Below, piece by piece: positions 36,548 to 42,403 of a stretch of DNA of 43,399 bases. The translations under genes were made by a program, and so were the position numbers. Under the pieces are notes generated by a model. The model saw nothing but the letters and a program-made list of their open reading frames with translations. It made no database searches and was not told where the DNA came from. The stretch's first letter is position 1; each line of letters begins with the position of its first letter. This DNA is from Candidatus Aenigmatarchaeota archaeon (GTDB lineage Archaea; Aenigmatarchaeota; Aenigmatarchaeia; Aenigmatarchaeales; DAIDAN01): NCBI GenBank assembly GCA_036171435.1, contig JAVHRC010000073.1:1-43399 (forward strand). Reading direction: 5' to 3'.

Positions 36548-36874
36548 TTAGAACATACTTGCCGGTGATGTTGGCTGCTCCATTGCAGGCTCCTCGGGCA
36601 TGCTTGGCGTTGAGAAGTGCTTTATTATTACCACGTCTCCGACGCTGTCAACATACTGGTAAGGTACTACCACTCCTTTCTTTCCCCCGACCATATTGGC
36701 GAGGAACGAGCCTTTCGCAGACTCAATCACAAGCGAGCGAACGCGGAATTTTGCCAGGTTTATGTCCATGTCTATAATCTTGCCGCAGTATGCGCCCCTG
36801 TTTGTAAATACGTCCTTGCCGAACATCTCAGAAAGATCCTTGACTGTTACTCCCATAAAATCACCTTTTAACAA
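36548..36874 (-). CDS. PRC-barrel domain protein
   Basis: VFTNRGAYCGKIIDMDINLAKFRVRSLVIE...VVPYQYVDSVGDVVII is a typical archaeal PRC-barrel sequence. Confidence 0.7.
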   Translation of the reverse strand: MLKGDFMGVTVKDLSEMFGKDVFTNRGAYCGKIIDMDINLAKFRVRSLVIESAKGSFLANMVGGKKGVVVPYQYVDSVGDVVIIKHFSTPSMPEEPAMEQPTSPASMF

Positions 36875-37067
36875 AAATTATTTTTGATTATTAATTACCT
36901 ATCTATTGGACAAATATGTATATAAAGTTAAGCGGCTGCTTTCAAGTGGCAACTTTTCGCAAGAAATTAAAGCATTAAATAGGTTTCAACCAAAATAAAA
37001 CTTACGCTGAGGTAGCCAAGCGGTACGGCGCTAGCCTGCTAAGCTAGTTCCCGCAAGGGATCGTGGG

Positions 37068-37132
37068 AGGCCTTTTTCTTTACAAAAGAAAAACGCCTGC
37101 GAAAAAGAAAGAATAAGAAAAAGGTCCGCGAA
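37068..37132 (+). other. tRNA-Ser intron 1 at 53/54 (HBh' motif); member of the shared intron family
   Basis: The central helix is CGTG (37062-37065) with CGCG (37127-37130). The 5' bulge is GG|A. The 9-bp inner helix is GGCCTTTTT (37069-37077) with AAAAAGGTC (37118-37126). The 3' cut falls 2 nt after the helix (AA|T), which puts TTCGAAA at the start of the next exon. Confidence 0.7.
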
Positions 37133-37138
37133 TTCGAA

Positions 37139-37225
37139 ATTGGGATAGGGAAAGAAATTTCCTTTGGTTGATGCTCTTCAAGAGGAAGAGGTTACCCAAA
37201 GGGGAAACCTTAGGTTTCCCCTGGT
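37139..37225 (+). other. tRNA-Ser second T-arm insertion (putative intron 2, boundaries approximate)
   Basis: It must be removed to join TTCGAA (37133-37138) to T60 plus CCCAT. The insert is highly structured, with helices 37149-37153/37158-37162, 37163-37167/37196-37200, 37174-37179/37185-37190 and 37201-37209/37213-37221. I could not find a complete BHB by hand. Confidence 0.45.
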
Positions 37226-37261
37226 TCCCATCCTCAGCGCCAATAATTTTAAAGTGGTTTC

Positions 37262-37579
37262 ATGAAGGTTGTCTATGTTTGCTGCCCGAAAAACTTTGAG
37301 GCAATGGAAACTTTGTCAAGGGCTATGGGGCTTGATACGCTTCCGCTCGTCCCGCATTTCGTGTTTTCCGGATTTGAGCAGAAGTTCGGGAAGAAATACG
37401 CGGACATGTGCAGGCTGAATCTGATGGAGAAATGCGAGGAGATTTGGGTACTTACCTCATACAGCTCGCAGGAAATGAAGGAGGATTTGGAGCACGCGAA
37501 GAAAAACAACATTCCCGTCGTGAACAAGTGGCAGGAAATCATAAGACAGGAGGAGGAGAAATTGAAACTGAAACTGTAA
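37262..37579 (+). CDS. Hypothetical protein (possibly DUF4406 / nucleoside-deoxyribosyltransferase-like fold)
   Basis: 105-aa ORF between two tRNA genes. The segment CEEIWVLTSYSSQEMKEDLEHAKKNNIPVV loosely resembles the C-terminal block of DUF4406/DUF1937 proteins. Confidence 0.45.
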   Translation: MKVVYVCCPKNFEAMETLSRAMGLDTLPLVPHFVFSGFEQKFGKKYADMCRLNLMEKCEEIWVLTSYSSQEMKEDLEHAKKNNIPVVNKWQEIIRQEEEKLKLKL

Positions 37580-37591
37580 AACTATTAAAAC

Positions 37592-37706
37592 GGGCCGGTG
37601 GTCTAGTTCGGTTATGACGCCAAGTCAATACGCATGAATTTTTATGCGTGGACGCGGACCCCTTACAAGGTGGATACCGCAAGTTCAAATCTTGCCCGGC
37701 CCACCA
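37592..37706 (+). tRNA. tRNA-Val (anticodon UAC) with a 37-nt intron at 29/30; CCA encoded
   Basis: Hand-folded. Acceptor GGGCCGG/CCGGCCC, discriminator A. Intact T-arm GCAAG-TTCAAAT-CTTGC. The anticodon arm CCA|CC-CTTACAA-GGTGG forms only after removing 37623-37659. Confidence 0.85.
37623..37659 (+). other. tRNA intron at non-canonical position 29/30
   Basis: BHB-like fold. The inner helix is GTC (37624-37626) with GAC (37651-37653). The 5' bulge is CA|A. The central helix is CGC (37618-37620) with GCG (37654-37656) plus an A-G mismatch. The 3' bulge is AC|C. An internal hairpin ACGCAT/ATGCGT is also present. Confidence 0.7.
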
Positions 37707-37710
37707 AATT

Positions 37711-38400
37711 TTATTTTTTACTTAACTGTTTACTGCCAAGAAGTACAGCTATAAAAATCGAAGTGAATATACCTGTTGCATAATAAGGGTCTATATTGAA
37801 TCTCATAATCATACTTAGAGAGATGTATAAAATCTCGAAAATAGCTGCAAGGAATAAAGAATATCCCCAAATCTTCACCCCTCCAAAGAACTCTATCATT
37901 TCTCTAAAGATTTTAATATTCTTATATATTCTGTCAAATATTTCCTTAAAAATTATCAGTGTAATACTTCCTAGAAAAAACGGAATAAAAAATCCCATCA
38001 AAATAAAATAATTAAAACCATCCGGGTTATTCAGATTAATATTAGCTTGAATATGTAGATAAGGAAAAATTATCGAAAGTATAACAATTCCTACTGGCCC
38101 CGCAAGCACAATAAAAAAAGCCGGGTTGAAAGTATCTACTAAACCACTAAACCTTTTCTCATGTCCAACTGGTATGTATACATTGAATGTTCTTGGCTTA
38201 ATTAATATTTGGTTATTTTCCATATTGTTCAGAACTTTTCTAAGCTTTTTTTCATCTACTTCATGATTCTTTTGAGTTTCATTCAAAATTGCTTTAAATG
38301 AAAAATCTTCAGGACTAAACTGTTCTGATTGAGCCTTCTTCCTAAGCAACTCTACAAGAAATTCTTCTAAATGTGAATCTGAGATGTATTGCTTTTCCAT
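37711..38400 (-). CDS. Hypothetical membrane protein with a soluble N-terminal domain
   Basis: 229-aa ORF with a ~95-aa hydrophilic N-terminus followed by about 4 TM helices. The coding sequence is conspicuously AT-rich and is wedged between tRNA-Val(UAC) and tRNA-Ala. Confidence 0.5.
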   Translation of the reverse strand: MEKQYISDSHLEEFLVELLRKKAQSEQFSPEDFSFKAILNETQKNHEVDEKKLRKVLNNMENNQILIKPRTFNVYIPVGHEKRFSGLVDTFNPAFFIVLAGPVGIVILSIIFPYLHIQANINLNNPDGFNYFILMGFFIPFFLGSITLIIFKEIFDRIYKNIKIFREMIEFFGGVKIWGYSLFLAAIFEILYISLSMIMRFNIDPYYATGIFTSIFIAVLLGSKQLSKK

Positions 38401-38484
38401 ATTTTTTAATGATTATCTGTGTATTTATATTCTTTGCAGGAAAACTAATATTTGACTTGAAATATGGGCTGGTAGATCAACGGA

Positions 38485-38497
38485 AAACGATCGTTAA
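38485..38497 (+). other. 13-nt mini-intron in the D-loop of tRNA-Ala (hBH motif)
   Basis: The D-stem GATC (38475-38478) / GATC (38499-38502) is the outer helix. The central helix is AACG (38479-38482) with CGTT (38492-38495). The bulges are GA|A and AA|A. The spliced D-loop is AACGGAA. Confidence 0.55.
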
Positions 38498-38530
38498 AGA
38501 TCGCCACCTTGGCATGGTGGAGGTTCCGAG

Positions 38531-38590
38531 AGGCCTTTTTCTTTTCAAAAGAAAAACGCCTGCGAAAAAGAAAGAATAAAGGCTCGGGAG
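38531..38590 (+). other. tRNA-Ala intron at 53/54 (HBh' motif); member of the shared intron family
   Basis: The central helix is TCCG (38525-38528) with CGGG (38585-38588). The 5' bulge is AG|A. The inner helix is GGCCTTT (38532-38538) with AAAGGCT (38578-38584). The 3' cut is AG|T. The first 49 nt match 37068-37116 with one substitution. Confidence 0.7.
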
Positions 38591-38596
38591 TTCGAA

Positions 38597-38684
38597 AATG
38601 CACGAGAGAAAAACGCAAGTTCAACGGAACGGGGGTATCAGGAAAACCCTTGAACTGAAGGGGGCGGAGCCCCCTGCGGTTCGG
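38597..38684 (+). other. tRNA-Ala second T-arm insertion (putative intron, boundaries approximate)
   Basis: It lies between TTCGAA (38591-38596) and T60 plus CTCGG. The structured helices are 38603-38607/38685-38689, 38614-38616/38676-38678, 38618-38624/38650-38656 and 38660-38665/38669-38674. No complete BHB was found by hand. Confidence 0.45.
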
Positions 38685-38745
38685 TCTCGGCCAGTCCACC
38701 ACTTCTTCAAAAGCTATTTAAAACATAAAACAAAATCTTGATTCT

Positions 38746-40005
38746 ATGTCCGACTTTATTGAGGTTAATGCGGATTTGCATTTGCACGGGCTTTATTCTG
38801 CGGCTGTGAGCAGCGAGATGGTGCCGAGAAAAATCGGCGAGCAGGCGCCGCTGAAAGGGCTGCACCTCGTCGGAACCGGCGACATTCTGAACGAGAGATG
38901 GATAAGACTTTTGAAAGAGCAGCTGAAACCTTTGAACGACTCGATGTTCGAGCATGAGAACGGGACAAAATTCGTTTTGCAGACGGAAATTGAAGACAAC
39001 AATCGCGTCCACCATATAATATTGTTTCCGAGCCTGAGCAAGGTTTATGAAGTGCGCGAGAAGATGAAAAAATCCTGCAAAAACCTTGACTCCGACGGCC
39101 GCCCGAAGATATGGCTCAACGGGGAGGATATAGCCGAAATCTGCCTGGAAGCAGGCTGCCTTCTCGGCCCTTCCCATATGTTCACCCCTTATTTCGGAAT
39201 TTATTCAAAATACAACTCCTACAAGGACTGTTACGGAAAATATTGGGATAAAATTTATTTCGGCGAACTCGGCCTTTCAGCAGACACTGACATGGCTGAC
39301 AGGATTGAGGAGTTGCGTGGATTGACTTTCCTGAGCAACAGCGACTGCCACAGCCCTTGGCCAAACAAGCTCGGAAGGGAATTCACAAGATTTCTTATGA
39401 AGGATATTTCCTTTGATGAGCTGGAAAAAGCAATAAAGCGCGAGGACGGAAGAAAACCGATTCTTAATATTAAATTCGACCCGCGAGAGGGAAAATACCA
39501 CAAGACGCGCTGCACAGGCTGTTTGCTTTTTTTCAAGCCAGAAGAAGCAATACAGTTAAAATGGCGCTGCCCGGTTTGCAAGAAGACAATAAAAAAAGGC
39601 GTTGACTTCAGAATTTATGAATTGTCCCACGGCGCCGAAACCTCTCACCCGGAGCACAGGGCAAAAACGGTTCATATAATTCCGCTCTCGGAGATAATCG
39701 CCGTTGCGCTCGGAATAAAACAGTCGTGGTCTTTGAAAGTGCAGGAACAGTGGAAACTTTTTGCCAGCAAATTCGGAAACGAAATAACAGCGCTTGTTGA
39801 TACACCTATTGAAAAATTGGCCGAAGTTGACAAAAAAACAGCAGAGCTTGTCAAGGCTTTCAGAAAGAGCGAGTTCAATTATGTTCCTGGCGGCGCGGGC
39901 GTTTACGGTATTCCCGTTCCTCCCGGAAAGAAAGCTGAAACAAAATATTATGAGCAGTCGCAAAGAGCGGAGCAGAAAAGCCTTGGGGATTTCAAGAAAC
40001 AATAA
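38746..40005 (+). CDS. Endonuclease Q-like protein (PHP-domain phosphoesterase with zinc ribbon, COG1379)
   Basis: N-terminal ADLHLHGLYSAAVS (PHP metal site). The CHSPW block and the CTGC...CPVC zinc ribbon are in the position seen in EndoQ. The 419-aa size fits. Confidence 0.8.
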   Translation: MSDFIEVNADLHLHGLYSAAVSSEMVPRKIGEQAPLKGLHLVGTGDILNERWIRLLKEQLKPLNDSMFEHENGTKFVLQTEIEDNNRVHHIILFPSLSKVYEVREKMKKSCKNLDSDGRPKIWLNGEDIAEICLEAGCLLGPSHMFTPYFGIYSKYNSYKDCYGKYWDKIYFGELGLSADTDMADRIEELRGLTFLSNSDCHSPWPNKLGREFTRFLMKDISFDELEKAIKREDGRKPILNIKFDPREGKYHKTRCTGCLLFFKPEEAIQLKWRCPVCKKTIKKGVDFRIYELSHGAETSHPEHRAKTVHIIPLSEIIAVALGIKQSWSLKVQEQWKLFASKFGNEITALVDTPIEKLAEVDKKTAELVKAFRKSEFNYVPGGAGVYGIPVPPGKKAETKYYEQSQRAEQKSLGDFKKQ

Positions 40006-40026
40006 ATATCGGTATGCCGCCGTTTA

Positions 40027-41397
40027 TCAGGAAGATGTTGTGAAGCTCCAAGTGTTTGCATCGCCTGCAACAAGCGCGTTTCCGGCAATATCGTGCGCTC
40101 CGGTGGAAACAGTTGCCTTATATTCCGTGCTTGCAGCCAAATCGGATGCCGGATTCAATGTCAAAACTTTTCCGTCAGAGCTCCAAGAATAAGCAACAGC
40201 AACGCTTGAACTGTCAGATTTCTTTACCAGAGTTGTCGCACTCTGGGTTGCGCTCTGGTCCATTGCCTCGCTGAATGTTACAACAACATTCGCGTCCTTT
40301 GCCACTGTTGAACCTTCGGGGGATTTGCCTGATATTGTAGGTGCAGTTGTGTCCGAGGAAGAAGTTCCCTTGACACAGGATAATGCGTCCTTGCTCTTTT
40401 TTCCGCTTACGGTTATTGGAACTTCATTGCTGTCGATAAAGTATCCATAGCTTGCCGTCAGAAGTATCGGGAAAGACTGAAGTTTTGTTATCTGCCTGTT
40501 TATTTTTATATCGCACGGAATCGTAACAGTCGAGCCCCTTCTAAGCTCGACGTTCTTCAAATCAGCATTACAGAATCCTCCTTCGCTGTCGCCGCCCGCA
40601 TTCAGGCTTGTGTCAACTTTTATTGTTATCATGTTCAGCTTGTCCTCCATGATGGAAGGGACAGAAGAAGCATCGCTAAAACTTATTGCGCTTGGGTCAA
40701 ACACGGTGCCTCCTCCGACATTTGACAATGTGACTTTCAATGTGAACGTGTCGCCGCTATCTCCGATAACCGGCTGGCTGACATCGACGGATATGTCAAC
40801 AGGCGAGGATGTTTTCTCTATCTCCGGAACGGAAGGCAGCGCCTTCCCAGTTTGTTTTGCCACCGCAAGTTCGCTCTCGGAAATTACAAAAATTGTTGCC
40901 GAAGTCCTGCTCGCATATTTGTAGAACACCCTTCCTTCAAACCCGTCCGTCCGCGTGAGCGGGAAAGGCACGTACGGCGAGGAAACAGTCCACTTGAAGC
41001 TTGCGGCGCCTCCAGGTATGTTCTTTACAGTGTCGGGCGCATCAAGTTTTTTTGCCAGAGACTGGCAAACCTTTCCCGACTGCGTTGAATCAATAGCCCA
41101 CATCTGCTCCTTTGTAATTCCCGGGAAATTCTTTCCGCTGAGGCATGCCAAGAGCTCGTTTATAGAAATAGATTTTCCTCCATTGTTCTCAATATCAAGA
41201 TTTACCCTGACCGATTTATCGCAGTCCGAAGCCTCCGAGACGGAGGAAGCAAACTCGTTTATTAATATGCCGTTTCCCATCGTTGAAGAAGTTGTGCCCC
41301 CGCTGATGCAGCCGGAAACCGCGACAACCCCTATCACAAGAAGAAGCAGAAAAACATTGCGTGAATTGTTATGCCTTGAATTTGATTCTTTGCGCAT
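40027..41397 (-). CDS. Lipobox-anchored surface protein, paralog 1, with a C-terminal SbsA-Ig/Big_5-like domain
   Basis: LLLLVIGVVAVSGC lipobox-like signal. The core is shared with 41479..42396 and 42404..43399. The C-terminal segment DTTAPTISGKSP...VVVTFSEAMD...VLTLNP...EYKATVSTGAHDIAGNAL is typical of Big_5. Confidence 0.7.
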   Translation of the reverse strand: MRKESNSRHNNSRNVFLLLLVIGVVAVSGCISGGTTSSTMGNGILINEFASSVSEASDCDKSVRVNLDIENNGGKSISINELLACLSGKNFPGITKEQMWAIDSTQSGKVCQSLAKKLDAPDTVKNIPGGAASFKWTVSSPYVPFPLTRTDGFEGRVFYKYASRTSATIFVISESELAVAKQTGKALPSVPEIEKTSSPVDISVDVSQPVIGDSGDTFTLKVTLSNVGGGTVFDPSAISFSDASSVPSIMEDKLNMITIKVDTSLNAGGDSEGGFCNADLKNVELRRGSTVTIPCDIKINRQITKLQSFPILLTASYGYFIDSNEVPITVSGKKSKDALSCVKGTSSSDTTAPTISGKSPEGSTVAKDANVVVTFSEAMDQSATQSATTLVKKSDSSSVAVAYSWSSDGKVLTLNPASDLAASTEYKATVSTGAHDIAGNALVAGDANTWSFTTSS

Positions 41398-41478
41398 TAA
41401 AAAACACCCGAGCTTATGAAACGCATTTTTCAGCGGATGCGCCTTTTTAGCGGTAAGATAATGTTTATTATTTCAATA

Positions 41479-42396
41479 TCATTTCTGTTTTATTTTCACA
41501 TTAATAGAGTTGTCTATAGCATATAAATAGTTAGCGGTAATCTGAAGCGTTTTCGAGTCCACATCCTGCTGCGCATTTGTCGTGAGCTTGCATGTACTTT
41601 TTTTCGCAGTTCCATCGATAAATACCAAGTCCCTGTTGAGCGTAAGCTTGTTTCCTCCCGCCACATAATCATCGCAGGTAATTTTCACATTGTTCGGGAT
41701 TGTGAATTGGACAGAGCCTTTTGAAAGCTTTTCCAAGCCAGAGCCCGCGGAATACTGCATGTACATGAACTCCTCGGTATCGTTCTCGAACGGCTGCGGG
41801 TTTGAAAAGGAAAACGCTATCTGCAAAGGATTGTCGGTGGAAGCAAAATTGGGCTGCCTTTCACTTATTTTTCCAGTGCGCTGTTCCGTCAGGAACTCTG
41901 TCTCGCTGAGAACGATTATGTCCTGCGCTGCCATAAGGGTTGAATTATAGGAAGCCCTGAACCTTATCTGGCAGTTTGTATCAAAATTCACAATACCCGC
42001 TGTAAGCGTTAACTTGAAGTCCTTGCTCCTGTTTGCCTTCAGTTCCTGATTTTCAAAACCGCCCATATCCCCGGAAAAAAGGCAGCTGTCCGTCACGGCA
42101 AAGGAAACATTTTTCAAATCCTTCAGCGCGTCCAGTTCAAAATACAAGTCAAGCCTTTTTCCGCTCCTGACTTCCAGCGGAACTGCCTCCGCTTTCAGCA
42201 CAATATCCTGCGTTTCGGAAGTGACTGTCGGATTTAATATTCCCGCCTGCTGGGTTCCAGTAAAATTCGCGATACATCCCGATACCAATACGACCGCCAA
42301 TATAGAAAGGATTAACAGGAACACTGTTTTCGGACTTTTTCCTTTTCTGCTTTCTCCCGCATTATTTTTTTGCCTTTTCAAGATTAACACCATCAA
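41479..42396 (-). CDS. Lipobox-anchored surface protein, paralog 2
   Basis: LILSILAVVLVSGC signal. It shares the blocks IIVLSETEFLTEQRTGK, PLQIAFSFSNPQP and a C-terminal ANYLYAIDNSINVKI with its neighbours. Confidence 0.6.
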   Translation of the reverse strand: MMVLILKRQKNNAGESRKGKSPKTVFLLILSILAVVLVSGCIANFTGTQQAGILNPTVTSETQDIVLKAEAVPLEVRSGKRLDLYFELDALKDLKNVSFAVTDSCLFSGDMGGFENQELKANRSKDFKLTLTAGIVNFDTNCQIRFRASYNSTLMAAQDIIVLSETEFLTEQRTGKISERQPNFASTDNPLQIAFSFSNPQPFENDTEEFMYMQYSAGSGLEKLSKGSVQFTIPNNVKITCDDYVAGGNKLTLNRDLVFIDGTAKKSTCKLTTNAQQDVDSKTLQITANYLYAIDNSINVKIKQK

Positions 42397-42403
42397 TATT
42401 TTA

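Larger units (their letters stand above)
37006..37242 (+). tRNA. tRNA-Ser (anticodon GCU) with the T-arm interrupted by ~150 nt (two introns around a TTCGAA micro-exon); CCA encoded
   Basis: Hand-folded. Acceptor GCTGAGG/CCTCAGC, discriminator G. 3-bp D-stem GCC/GGC. Anticodon arm CTAGC-CTGCTAA-GCTAG. Long variable arm TTCCCGCAAGGGATC. T-stem GTGGG (37063-37067) / CCCAT (37227-37231). Confidence 0.75.
38466..38701 (+). tRNA. tRNA-Ala (anticodon GGC) with three insertions (D-loop mini-intron, 53/54 intron, second T-arm insertion); CCA encoded
   Basis: Hand-folded. Acceptor GGGCTGG/CCAGTCC with the G3:U70 Ala identity pair (38468:38695), discriminator A. Anticodon arm CCACC-TTGGCAT-GGTGG. T-stem CCGAG (38526-38530) / CTCGG (38686-38690). 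Confidence 0.75.

Noticed and set aside
37139-37225. Possibility that the second tRNA-Ser insert encodes a C/D-box sRNA, as in some archaeal tRNA-Trp introns
   Set aside because: Only a weak C-box-like TTGATGC is present, with no CTGA D box. The Ala insert has a CTGA but no RUGAUGA. Neither has the C/D plus C'/D' arrangement.
38489-38503. Alternative reading of tRNA-Ala with the middle GATC as the D-stem 3' strand and a 10-nt insert at 26/27
   Set aside because: The only 4-bp helix supporting it (CGAT:ATCG) predicts a 3' cut two nucleotides inside the anticodon stem. The D-loop mini-intron model gives consistent cuts.
38373-38579. 68-aa ORF ending in FKRKTPAKKKE
   Set aside because: It runs through the 5' half of tRNA-Ala and the conserved intron. 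It is the same artefact as at 10078.
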